From positions 1,821,749 through 1,885,748 of the forward strand of contig JARYIJ010000001.1 of the NCBI GenBank assembly GCA_029980465.1: a stretch of DNA of 64,000 nucleotides, given 5' to 3'. The notes below the pieces were generated by a model. It was not told where the DNA came from and made no database searches. It saw nothing but the letters and a program-made list of their open reading frames with translations. Position numbers and translations under genes: made by a program. This document shows, piece after piece, positions 1 through 10,364 of this stretch; the first letter of the stretch is position 1; each line of letters opens with the position of its first letter. This DNA comes from Pseudolabrys sp. (GTDB taxonomy: Bacteria > Pseudomonadota > Alphaproteobacteria > Rhizobiales > Xanthobacteraceae).

Positions 1-56
1 CCGCGACGCTCGTCATCGACATCTGCTTTTGAGAGCATGACCCACTTGAGAGTCAT
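1..56 (-). CDS. 5' end of an unidentified gene running off the left edge (MTLKWVMLSKADVDDERR...)
   Basis: ATG at 56-54 on the minus strand, about 70 nt downstream of the hsdS stop on the same strand. Only 18 codons are visible. Confidence 0.2.
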   Translation of the reverse strand, partial: MTLKWVMLSKADVDDERR

Positions 57-127
57 CTTTTGCAGCAGGTGAAGTGCAGGCACTTGAGAGAGATGCTTTT
101 CGCCATCTCGGAATTGCTGCCGCTTGC

Positions 128-1331
128 TCATGGAGTGAGCTCCTCGGCGGTGCGCTTGACAGATTTCTCGACGTCGTCAGTACTCAGCGGCACACGCCAC
201 TCGCCAGTGAGCAGCTTCTGCATGAGCCCACGTTTCTGGCGGGTAAGGGCTTCGAGCTGCTTTTTGATTACGGTACTCTCGACGATCAGGGCATCCAGCA
301 GGTTTGCCTGCTTTTCCTGATCTTCGAGGGACGGAAGGAAGACCCTAATCTTAGAAAAGGCTGGGAACTTGAGATTCCAAGTGTCACTCGTGAGACCTTG
401 CGAGTAACGCTCGAAATCGAACACCATCCGGCGTGACTTGAAGAGATGTGCGGCATATCGGCCCAAGACCCGGTTTGGGAGGGGGCTCACAACCGTATAC
501 GCGGGGCTGATGATCCCGCGAAGGGCTGACAGGCCTGAGACGCCCTGCCACATACGCATTGTGTTGTAGCCAATGTCACCGGGCAGGATGAGCTTGTAAT
601 TCGATTTGTCCTCCGTCGAGGTATCTTTGCGTCCTACGTCTTCCCGATCGATTACTCCGCCGTTCATGGTGATGCTGAGCAGCCGGTCGTCTTCCTCGCC
701 CGACTGGTTTCGTTCGCGAAAAACGTCGCCGAGTTCGAACTCCTGCCACGCGTTCGGACGCCCGTGAAAAGTGGGGTGGCAAGGATCGAAAAACATTCTT
801 GCAAGCGCGTTGTAGCGCCGCTCTTTCGCCGCACGCAGCGCCTCCAGCTGCTCGATCGCGTCGTCCCAGGTACATAGAATCTCCGCGATGCGACGTTGCT
901 CCCGGAGCGGTGGTAATGAAATAGGGTAAGGAGTTATGTGTTTATTGTTAATTTGTGGCACGGAGGAAACATCTGCAATCCGCGACAGTTGTTTGAACGC
1001 AATAAAGTAAAACAAAAATTCCGAATCCAATCGATCCACTTTAGGCTTGAGTGCCATCATGTTGGTGTCCATGATGATCGAGACGGCGGCAATCCTTACT
1101 TTGTTCGCCGAAATCGCTGCACCTCGCTTTGGAAAGAGCACACTTCCTGTCGGCACAATAGGTACGTCACCTTCGACTCTTTCTCGTGCTTCTGTCTGAT
1201 ATTTTTGGCAGCTGTTCAGGTCTTCTACCTTTACGAATGGCAGACCGCCTCCTGCTACTATGAAAACGTTCGACGGGCTAACGCCGCTATAGATCTTCAC
1301 AAGATCGCCAAGCACACAGTCTGTCCACTGA

Positions 1332-1342
<11 letters not shown>
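128..1342 (-). CDS. hsdS: Type I restriction-modification specificity subunit HsdS (two target-recognition domains)
   Basis: 404 aa. Two TRD halves are each followed by the conserved HsdS helical spacer (LPPLREQRRIAEIL and LPSLEDQEKQANLLDAL). Overlaps the hsdM stop by 11 nt. Confidence 0.9.
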
Positions 1343-2864
<1,522 letters not shown>

Positions 2865-2932
2865 GGTTCTGTCCTCTCATCCTGCCTGTTGTTCGAGCCG
2901 GCGGGGCGCGAAGCCCGCCGGCTGGTCTCCGG

Positions 2933-3241
2933 TCAGCGGTCGCCGCAGGCCGGGTTGTATTGCAGGCGCAACGTTTGCTCGACGACCATGCGGGTGGCCG
3001 CATCGCAATAGAGCGCGGCCACGCTCAGCGTGGCATGACCGCACCCCTGCCATTGCGGCTTGCGATCGTGGGTCTCGACGCGGCTTTTCACATCGCCGCT
3101 CTCGCCGATATCGACGACGATCCAGTTGCCGCCCGTCGCGCCGCGGCCGAGGATCGCATAGACCCCCGACCGTGCCACCAGCTGCGACGTGCTAGTGAAC
3201 GGCCCGTCGAAGCTGTGATTGCCAATCGTGATGCTCATCAA
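2933..3241 (-). CDS. Small hypothetical protein, weak GIY-YIG-like pattern
   Basis: 102 aa between the half-HsdS gene and hsdM on the same strand. Contains GVYAIL...x10...VDIGESGDVKSRVETH, reminiscent of GIY-x10-YIG..R. AAGGAA lies upstream of the start. Confidence 0.5.
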   Translation of the reverse strand: MMSITIGNHSFDGPFTSTSQLVARSGVYAILGRGATGGNWIVVDIGESGDVKSRVETHDRKPQWQGCGHATLSVAALYCDAATRMVVEQTLRLQYNPACGDR

Positions 3242-3265
3242 TAGATTCCTTTCGTTCTAGAGCAC

Positions 3266-3910
3266 CTAGGACAAGGCCTGAGGGCGTTTGCCGCGCCGCT
3301 CAGGTCGTTTGGAAGCCGGGGGCGTTACCACGCCTCCGGTTTTCTTCGCGCACTCAAGCGCGAGCGCGTGAAGTTCTTGCAGCCGCAGTTGGTTGAGACG
3401 CTCGGCGATGTCCGACTGCTTACGAACCAGCCGGCCAAGCTCGACGAGCCGGCGCTGATCGGCCAGGCTCGGGAGCGGCACCTCAAGATGCTCCACGGCA
3501 GCACGGCGAAGATTGAGAATAGTCGAGCCGGTGGCGAGCTGGCGCAGGGTTGCCTGGGTGCCGGGCAGGTTCAGATAGAAGACGAGGAACTCGGGATCGA
3601 TGCGCGATGCGTCAGGTGCCAGGATGTAGAGCGACCCCGCGGCCACCATCGGGATGTCGGACCGGGGGACGACGGCGGCGCGGTAGCTCGATCCGCGGGT
3701 CTGGAGGGCGACCTCGCCGGCCCGGAGAACGTCAGGCATTCCCTTGCCCGGTATTTCACTCAGCCGCACCATGGCGTCCAGGCCGAGCGTACCGTCCGAG
3801 CCGATGTCCTTGCCTTGAACGACTCGAAATCTCCCGCCCGGCTCATGGACGATCCGCTCGCGAAAGGGCGAGCCGGAACGGATACTTGCGAGATCGGCGA
3901 CCTGATACAT
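3266..3910 (-). CDS. Single-TRD HsdS-like specificity protein (half-size S subunit)
   Basis: 214 aa. One TRD followed by an HsdS-type conserved helix (LPLPSLADQRRLVELGRLVRKQSDIAERLNQL). Heads the same minus-strand gene string as hsdM and hsdS. Confidence 0.7.
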   Translation of the reverse strand: MYQVADLASIRSGSPFRERIVHEPGGRFRVVQGKDIGSDGTLGLDAMVRLSEIPGKGMPDVLRAGEVALQTRGSSYRAAVVPRSDIPMVAAGSLYILAPDASRIDPEFLVFYLNLPGTQATLRQLATGSTILNLRRAAVEHLEVPLPSLADQRRLVELGRLVRKQSDIAERLNQLRLQELHALALECAKKTGGVVTPPASKRPERRGKRPQALS

Positions 3911-4039
3911 TTTGCAGTAATGCCTTTCGTGCGATTATTTCCGTATCAGCCTGCGCCGAGGCTGTCAATAATCATTTCTTGCACGAAAGGCTTTACTGAA
4001 ATAAAGACAACCGGCCGCATTGGACGGGCAAGGGAGCCC

Positions 4040-4456
4040 TCAGTGGACGGCAGAAAGGGCCGATTTCTGAGTTTCCCACTCGGCCGGAAATCGCCGCATC
4101 AGCACGGGTAGCGTCCATTCTGCCGGCTGCCGTCCAGCCAGAATCGCCTCAACGATGTCGGGCTCCAGCAGTGTCAGCCGCAGTACGCGGCCCACATACG
4201 ACTCGTTGATTTTTTCGGCGGTGGCGATCTCCCGGATAGTCGCGTACGTGCCATCTTCCAGCATTTCCCGCCACCGAAACGCCCGCGCGATTGCCTTGAC
4301 CATGGCGCTGTCAACGTGGCGGCAAACCGGCGCGGCCGTTAGGCTCGCGCCATCCGGCGCCAGGACGACCTTCCGACCCCCGCGTCGCCGGATCGAAATC
4401 GGCACCCGCACGGTGACAGTCGTGCCATCGTCAATGATCTCCGGTTTTGTCATCAT
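4040..4456 (-). CDS. Recombinase-associated small protein (putative HTH/DNA-binding)
   Basis: 138 aa starting MMTKPEII. ATGA overlap with the recombinase stop. Contains EIATAEKINESYVGRVLRLTLLEPDIVEAIL, which resembles C-terminal segments of some serine recombinases. The upstream 80 codons of the 218-aa ORF are Arg-rich overlap and were rejected. Confidence 0.6.
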   Translation of the reverse strand: MMTKPEIIDDGTTVTVRVPISIRRRGGRKVVLAPDGASLTAAPVCRHVDSAMVKAIARAFRWREMLEDGTYATIREIATAEKINESYVGRVLRLTLLEPDIVEAILAGRQPAEWTLPVLMRRFPAEWETQKSALSAVH

Positions 4457-5769
4457 GCCGCCCTCCGGGCTCCTGGCTGCACGGCACTCAGATCCGCGAC
4501 GAGATTTGTCAGCCCTTGCGTCCGTAGGCGGATGTCTGCGCCTTCTGCGCTGATGTCGACTCGCTCGACGAGCAATTGCACGATGCGTGCCTGCTCGGCC
4601 GGGAACAGTTCGTCCCAGAGTGGATCGAGCCGCTCCAGCGCGATTCGGACATCGTTCTCGCTGAGATCGTCGATCGATTGCCGCGCTCTGCGCCAAGTCC
4701 GTACGATGATTTCGGGCGAGCGCAGCACACCGCGTACCTGATCGATGACAGCGCCCTCGATCTCGGCCGCAGGCACGCGCCGTACCGGGCAGGCGTCACC
4801 ATCACGTTTGAGCACATCAGTCGAGACATAATAGCGGTAGAGCTTGTCACCTCGCCGTGTGTGAGCAGGCGTCATCGCCCGGCCGGTCGGTCCGAAGATC
4901 AGGCCCTTCAGCAAGGCAGGCGTCTGCGCTCGCGTCTGGCGGGCACGTGTGCGCGGACTCTCAGCGAGAATGCTGTGGACTTTGTCCCAGAGCGCCTGGC
5001 TAACGATGGCCTGGTGCTCGCCGGGATAAGCCGTTCCTTTGTGCACCGCTTGGCCGATGTAGACGCGGTTGTTCAGGAGCTTATAGACGTAGCCCTTGTC
5101 GACCAGCTTGCCTTGCTTGCCGGCGATGCCCTCGGCGCACAGCGCCCGCACCAGTGCGGTGGCAGAGCCGACTTTGACGAAGCGTTCGAAGATCATGCGA
5201 ACCCTCTTTGCTTCGCCTTCGTTCACTACCAGCTTGCGGTCCTTCACAATATAGCCGAGCGGCACAAAGCCGCCCATCCACATGCCCTTCTTGCGCGATG
5301 CCGCGAACTTGTCGCGGATGCGCTCGCCGATAACCTCGCGCTCGAACTGCGCGAAGGAGAGCAGGATATTGAGCGTCAGCCGTCCCATCGACGTCGTGGT
5401 GTTGAACGACTGCGTGACGCTCACGAACGTAACGCTGTTGCGATCGAAAACCTCGACCAGCTTGGCAAAGTCCATCAGCGCGCGGCTGAGCCGGTCGATC
5501 TTGTAGACCACCACGACGTCGACGTGGTGCGCCTCGATGTCGGCGAGCAGCCGCTGGAGTGCTGGACGGTCCAGTGTTGCACCGGAGATACCACCGTCGT
5601 CGTAATGATTCGGTACCAGCACCCAGCCCTCGGGCTTCTGGCTCGCGATATATGCCTCGCAGGCCTCGCGCTGGGCATCGAGCGAATTAAATTCCTGCTC
5701 CAGACCCTCCTCGCTCGATTTCCGGGTGTAAACCGCGCAGCGGAGTTTGCGCACGATGGGTTTCTTCAT
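4453..5769 (-). CDS. Large serine recombinase (resolvase/invertase catalytic domain + recombinase domain)
   Basis: 438 aa from MKKPIVRKLRCAVYTRKSSEEGL (catalytic Ser context YTRKSS), followed by resolvase-type DRLSR. ATGA overlap with the upstream DUF2924-like gene. Confidence 0.88.
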   Translation of the reverse strand: MKKPIVRKLRCAVYTRKSSEEGLEQEFNSLDAQREACEAYIASQKPEGWVLVPNHYDDGGISGATLDRPALQRLLADIEAHHVDVVVVYKIDRLSRALMDFAKLVEVFDRNSVTFVSVTQSFNTTTSMGRLTLNILLSFAQFEREVIGERIRDKFAASRKKGMWMGGFVPLGYIVKDRKLVVNEGEAKRVRMIFERFVKVGSATALVRALCAEGIAGKQGKLVDKGYVYKLLNNRVYIGQAVHKGTAYPGEHQAIVSQALWDKVHSILAESPRTRARQTRAQTPALLKGLIFGPTGRAMTPAHTRRGDKLYRYYVSTDVLKRDGDACPVRRVPAAEIEGAVIDQVRGVLRSPEIIVRTWRRARQSIDDLSENDVRIALERLDPLWDELFPAEQARIVQLLVERVDISAEGADIRLRTQGLTNLVADLSAVQPGARRAA

Positions 5770-6213
5770 CGTGCGCCTCTCTGGTTTTTCAAGCCAAAGA
5801 AGGTCAGACCGTTCCATCGCGTGCCAGTGATGGCGCGCGCGATAGCCGACAGCGATTTGTAGGGGCGGCCCTGGTAATCGTAGCCGTCGTCGCACACCGT
5901 TACGCAGTGCTCGACGCCCTGGTATTCGCGGATAAGCCGCGTGCCCGCGATCGGCCGATCCTTGGCAGGCTGGCGCCGCCGTTTCGGGTCGCCGCCGTCA
6001 AGTTCTTCGGCAAGATCACGCAGGCGCTTCAGCGTCTCTGGTTTGAGGCCGCCATACGCCAGCTCCTGGATGCGGTAGGCAAGCCGGTGTTCGAGGAAGC
6101 GCCGGTTGTACGGCGGTGGTTCGGATTCGAAGAGATCGCGCCATTTCTGCTTGAGCGCGCCGATCGGCGCGGTTTTCAGGGTGGCCAGTTGGGCCAGCAC
6201 GGTGTCGGTCAAT
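5766..6213 (-). CDS. DUF2924-like protein
   Basis: The block LKQKWRDLFESEPPPYNRRFLEHRLAYRIQELAYGGLKPETLKRL matches my memory of the DUF2924 N-terminus. Inferred TTG start at 6213 with GGAGG 7 nt upstream. The N-terminal part of the 207-aa ORF was rejected. Confidence 0.65.
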
Positions 6214-6430
6214 CCAGGCCTCCATCCGACGTGAGACGGTCGGCATGACTGCTCTGGTGGCCGGCACAGTCGAGCAAACTCTCTCTGCAGGGCGCAGATA
6301 AAAGACTGGACTTCCGGGCCTGGAGCCGCATGAGCCCGGCCGCCAAGATTTCGGCGATTTCGTCCAGCCGCTCGGCAGCTGACATGCAATCGGCAGCGAG
6401 CGGATTGGGCAAACTACTATATGTCGGCAT
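6209..6430 (-). CDS. Small hypothetical protein heading the recombinase cassette
   Basis: 73 aa from MPTYSSLPNPLAADCMSAAERLDEIAEILAAGLMRL. Its stop overlaps the TTG start of the next gene (TTGA). Its N-terminal 35 aa recur at 58157-58053. Confidence 0.5.
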   Translation of the reverse strand: MPTYSSLPNPLAADCMSAAERLDEIAEILAAGLMRLQARKSSLLSAPCRESLLDCAGHQSSHADRLTSDGGLD

Positions 6431-6593
6431 CCGTGCGATCCGGTGGCTTGCTCGTCCCACGTACCGGGAGCCGGGGAAAAATGTCGGGGCAACAGCCAAT
6501 CAGATTGAGAGGGCAGCGCGACTCGTGCTTGAGTTGTAACGGGAGGCAACTACCGATTCTCTGGGGAGGGGGAGCTGCTGACGTGAGGCGACT

Positions 6594-7790
6594 ATGGCTA
6601 CCTTTAGTCTCCGGAAATTCACGAATCCCGGGCTGCTGAAAACAATCGCTCCGGGTCGGCTGGTCGCATTCCTCAATCCCTGGCGCGAGTATCTCGCCGG
6701 TCGGGGTCTCGATTTCCCGACCAATGGCTCAGGCGAGATCGATTGCGACGCCTTGGCCCATATCCTCATCGACCCGGACGCCAGCGTGCCGAAGGAGATG
6801 GTCGATGCGCTCTACTACGTCCACGAGACATCGTCGGACGAGGACATGGATGCACTCCTCGATCTGGCAAAATCACGGGATGTAAAAATCGATCACGACC
6901 CCAGGACGACGGTGGCGGATGTCGCGATCCAGATGTGGCTCGCCGCTCCCGATATGCTCCGAGAACATCATGCCGAGGCTATCGCGTTCCGGCAGAAGAA
7001 CTTCCTCTACTATGGCGGCGCGCACGGCAAGAAGCGCACCTTTCCGACCGTCGACAATGAACTCCGTCTCCGGATCCAGGCTGAGCTTGACGACTGGTTT
7101 GAGGAGCACAAGCGCGGCCGCGGCTGTCACATATTTTTGTTTCCCCACGGCACGAAAGTCTGGATTCTCATTCGGCATGGTCTGCCAATGCGCCGAGAGG
7201 CCAGCCATCACGATGATGGTCGCTCATCGACTGAATTCTATAGACCCCAGCAGCATGACGTACTGATCTACGACACGTCGGCCGACGAGTTAGGGGTACA
7301 CGCGAACACCAAGGGCGAAACCAAACTCTATCTTGCTTGTTTTGGGCGCCATGTGTTCGGAGACGAGGAGTATTTCCCGCCCGCCGACAAGTTCAGCCTG
7401 GATCCGCTCATCGAGGATGGAGCGAAGTCGTTGCTGTGCGAGGATGTCGAAGGGCTGGAGGAGATTCGCTTGGTCGAGTACCGCCGATATTGGGGCGGAG
7501 CCTACAAGGAAATCGAAATCCGCAAGGCGAGCGATATCTTTGCTGCCCTCGCTGCGCGCGGGCAAGAACTCGGGTCGAAAGGAAGGCTGGTCGGCGCGGC
7601 GTTCAAGGTGAAGTTCACCGGCTCGCCAAAGGAACGGTCGTTGACGATCAGGCCGCCCGGCAACGCCAAATATGAACGGAATGAGGATAGCGAGCTGATC
7701 GAGGTCTGGCTGGCAAACCGCGGCTTTATTCTTGAGCCAGAAGATGGCAATGACGACGAATCGCCTACACCGGTTCTGGAAAGCCCTTGA
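6594..7790 (+). CDS. Hypothetical protein orfA1 (no recognisable domain)
   Basis: 398-aa ORF divergent from the recombinase cassette. The N-terminal ~45 aa (MATFSLRKFTNPGLLKTIAPGRL...RGLDFP) are shared with the ORF at 58316. Confidence 0.7.
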   Translation: MATFSLRKFTNPGLLKTIAPGRLVAFLNPWREYLAGRGLDFPTNGSGEIDCDALAHILIDPDASVPKEMVDALYYVHETSSDEDMDALLDLAKSRDVKIDHDPRTTVADVAIQMWLAAPDMLREHHAEAIAFRQKNFLYYGGAHGKKRTFPTVDNELRLRIQAELDDWFEEHKRGRGCHIFLFPHGTKVWILIRHGLPMRREASHHDDGRSSTEFYRPQQHDVLIYDTSADELGVHANTKGETKLYLACFGRHVFGDEEYFPPADKFSLDPLIEDGAKSLLCEDVEGLEEIRLVEYRRYWGGAYKEIEIRKASDIFAALAARGQELGSKGRLVGAAFKVKFTGSPKERSLTIRPPGNAKYERNEDSELIEVWLANRGFILEPEDGNDDESPTPVLESP

Positions 7791-8838
7791 CGAGCTTCCA
7801 GAATCAACAACCGACCGACGGGAATGGTCCCTTCGGCTCAAGGACGACTGGCCGGTTGCGGCATCCTATCTGACGCAGGTAGGCCGCCGTGCCAAGGAAA
7901 TCGGGTGTCCGTCGCCGGGCGGTGAGGGCTGTCCCCGCAAGATTGTGAAACACGGGGACGGGCGCTTCCGCGCCGTGTGCGGCAACAAGCCGGCGGAATG
8001 CGATTCCATCGATGTGACGGGTGAAGAAATCGCTTGCCTCGCTGTCGATCGGAAAAAACTTGCGGCGGCGGTCTGCACCATACTGAGTGCCACATCCGAA
8101 CCCGGTATTCAGGAGCGGGGCGCCGCAATGCTCGTCGGGTCCCACGCGGTGGCGGCTGGCGTCGGCATTCCGATCATCCTCTTGATTCCAGGTCCGATGG
8201 CGGAAGTCTCGCTGGAGATGTTACCGGAATTGGATGGGCCCGCCGCGATTGTGACACCGACAATCGGTTCGATATCCCAGCAGTTCAAGACTACGCTCAA
8301 ATCCAGGGGACATTGCATCCTGGCGCTCAGTGAAATCGGTAGTGTGGACGACCAGGATGGCCTGACAGGTTTGCAATCCGCCGAGAAATTGCTTTCTCCA
8401 CTCCGAGAAAGGCTACTTGCCAGTCAGGCCTCGGCAGCATCGGGACGGATATGGCTCTTGCCGGCCGACGCTCGGTGGGAAGATCTGACTTTCGAGTTCA
8501 CCGCGGCTGAAGTCGTGAACGTTCGGTTTCGCCAAGAAACCCGACGCTTCGAGCCCGAACAATTCGGGATGAAAAGCAAGAAGAATGGGCGACCAACCAC
8601 GCTTTGGACGCTACTTCGGAGCGTTGCGCAGCTCGCGGGCAGTCTGACGTGGAAAGATCGGGCAGCTTCGACGAAGATCAAGAAGCAAAAGCAGCTATTG
8701 TCAGGTCGCTTGATTGCTCTTTTCGGAATCACAGGCGATCCGATCCCCTGGCAGCCGGGCCAACGAGCTTATGTCGCCCGTTTCACCATTTCTGACAGGA
8801 CTGCTGGCAACGGGCGTGCGCGAGGCGGCTCGCGGTGA
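7732..8838 (+). CDS. Hypothetical protein orfB1 with a Cys-rich (zinc-ribbon-like) segment
   Basis: 368 aa. Contains CPSPGGEGCPRKIVKHGDGRFRAVCGNKPAECD. Homologous to the ORF at 45724-46797. Start is uncertain (TTG 7732 or ATG 7744/7750). Overlaps the orfA1 3' end. Confidence 0.7.
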   Translation: MSQKMAMTTNRLHRFWKALDELPESTTDRREWSLRLKDDWPVAASYLTQVGRRAKEIGCPSPGGEGCPRKIVKHGDGRFRAVCGNKPAECDSIDVTGEEIACLAVDRKKLAAAVCTILSATSEPGIQERGAAMLVGSHAVAAGVGIPIILLIPGPMAEVSLEMLPELDGPAAIVTPTIGSISQQFKTTLKSRGHCILALSEIGSVDDQDGLTGLQSAEKLLSPLRERLLASQASAASGRIWLLPADARWEDLTFEFTAAEVVNVRFRQETRRFEPEQFGMKSKKNGRPTTLWTLLRSVAQLAGSLTWKDRAASTKIKKQKQLLSGRLIALFGITGDPIPWQPGQRAYVARFTISDRTAGNGRARGGSR

Positions 8839-8962
8839 AATTTCACCGCTCGTATTTGTCTCTCGCTGAAAAAATCTTCAGCTCCTAAGCCATTGAACTC
8901 CTTCTTTCCTCGGGTCGGCGCGCCGTCCGATCACCGGTTTTTCGTCTCCCCAGCGAAGTTTC

Positions 8963-9000
8963 GCGAGTGGCGAGTGATCGGGCCCAGAGCCCGCCACTCG
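8963..9000 (+). promoter_or_regulatory. Conserved 9-bp-stem hairpin/dyad upstream of the sigma-like gene
   Basis: CGAGTGGCG-(20 nt)-CGCCACTCG. The identical structure lies at 46925-46962 upstream of the copy-2 gene remnant. Confidence 0.4.
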
Positions 9001-9019
9001 GACCATTGGCGAAACCTCT

Positions 9020-10012
9020 ATGGAGACCAGCAACCGCGACGGCGGCATCGACCGCCGCGTCATACGCAACATTCAGTTCAATGCTCGCCGCCTGGCGTGC
9101 CGCCGTACGATCCCCGGAATGGAGGTCGAAGATTACGAGCAGGACCTCATTGCCGATCTCCTCGACCGCGTAAAGTCATTTGATCCGAGGCTCGCGTCAT
9201 TCGCCACATTCGCCGATCGTCTCGTCAGGCACCGCATCAGCACGATGACGAGCCCGACGCGACGTCTGAAGGCGGAGCGCAACTCTGTCTCCATGGACGC
9301 TCCCGTTTTCGACGAGGAGGGCAACGAGCAGACGCTACGCGACCTTCTCCCCGACGAGTCACCACCTGTCGATGAGGCCTGCGCAATAAGGATCGACGTC
9401 GGTCGCTTCGTCGAAAGTCTCCCGCCGCCCCTGCTCGATTGTTGCGATATTCTCTTGGCCGACAGTGTTTCGGAAGGCGCGCGAGCGGCCGGAATCCATC
9501 GTTCGACCGCTTACGAACGTGCGGCGCGGCTTCGCGAACGAGCAGCCGCTCAGGGCCTTGCTGTCTACGTCACGAAGGTCCCCGACAGTTTCGCCCGGCC
9601 CCCGGTAGATGACGAACAGCAATCCGGCAGGGCTTTGCCGGATTCCGATTTCGATCAGCATGGGGCTCCCACAATGGGCCGCGGCCGTAGGTTCCCGACC
9701 GTCAGCTTGTCGCTGAGTGAGATCGAGCTTTGCGGCTGGCTGGGTCAGGCAGAGCCTGGAGACACGCTGGAATATTACCGCGGCTTCTTGTTGGTCGACG
9801 CGAGCCAGCACAGCGGCCGCTTGCCGGAGCAGGACCGTGTAGAGCTCATGCGCGTCGCGCGTCGCGCCTGGTTGGCAAGCGAGCAGAAGCTGATCCATCT
9901 CGTTCAGCGCCGCCACGGTCCCGACGACTACAGCTATCTCGCAATTGCGCGCCCGAAGTCGAACCCGGCATCGGCTTCGCTGTCATCGCTGCTCTTGGCG
10001 GAGGCCGCGTGA
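9020..10012 (+). CDS. Sigma-70/ECF-like protein with an extra ~130-aa C-terminal domain
   Basis: 330 aa. Region-2-like EDYEQDLIADLLDRVKSFDP...FATFADRLVRHRI and region-4-like HTH SVSEGARAAGIHRSTAYERAARLRE. The C-terminal part is unassigned. Confidence 0.6.
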   Translation: METSNRDGGIDRRVIRNIQFNARRLACRRTIPGMEVEDYEQDLIADLLDRVKSFDPRLASFATFADRLVRHRISTMTSPTRRLKAERNSVSMDAPVFDEEGNEQTLRDLLPDESPPVDEACAIRIDVGRFVESLPPPLLDCCDILLADSVSEGARAAGIHRSTAYERAARLRERAAAQGLAVYVTKVPDSFARPPVDDEQQSGRALPDSDFDQHGAPTMGRGRRFPTVSLSLSEIELCGWLGQAEPGDTLEYYRGFLLVDASQHSGRLPEQDRVELMRVARRAWLASEQKLIHLVQRRHGPDDYSYLAIARPKSNPASASLSSLLLAEAA

Positions 10013-10070
10013 TGGGCCGCAACCAAGCCAAGCCGAGATTTCACGTCAGCACCAACAAAGAGGTCTTCCG

Positions 10071-10364
10071 ATGACCACGTCAATTGCAGTGACCGCGCTG
10101 CGCAAGCGCCACATCTGGCTCGAAACGCTGCCCGACACCGTTTCCATTCCGGCGCTCGAAGCACGGCAGCGGCCAGCCGCCGTCAAGTCGATCGAGGATG
10201 CTACGCTCGACGACATCGCGTTCGCGATGCTCGGGGCGGAGGCGGAATTCAATGCCGTCGGCGACCGGCTGCATGCGCTGCGCAAGCTCTACAACCTCGC
10301 TCGCCAAGCCGGTGCGCTCGGTTCCGACCGCGCGGTCGATGTGATCTACGAGGGAGGTCGCTGA
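10071..10364 (+). CDS. Hypothetical small phage-type protein
   Basis: 97 aa. AGAGG RBS. ATGA overlap with the downstream ATPase gene. Confidence 0.55.
   Translation: MTTSIAVTALRKRHIWLETLPDTVSIPALEARQRPAAVKSIEDATLDDIAFAMLGAEAEFNAVGDRLHALRKLYNLARQAGALGSDRAVDVIYEGGR

Noticed and set aside
4457-4696. N-terminal 80-codon extension of the 218-aa ORF 4040-4696. The upstream extensions of 4453-5895 and 5766-6389 were considered with it.
   Set aside because: The extensions overlap the upstream genes and are Arg-rich. Internal starts give ATGA/TTGA coupling and family-typical N-termini.
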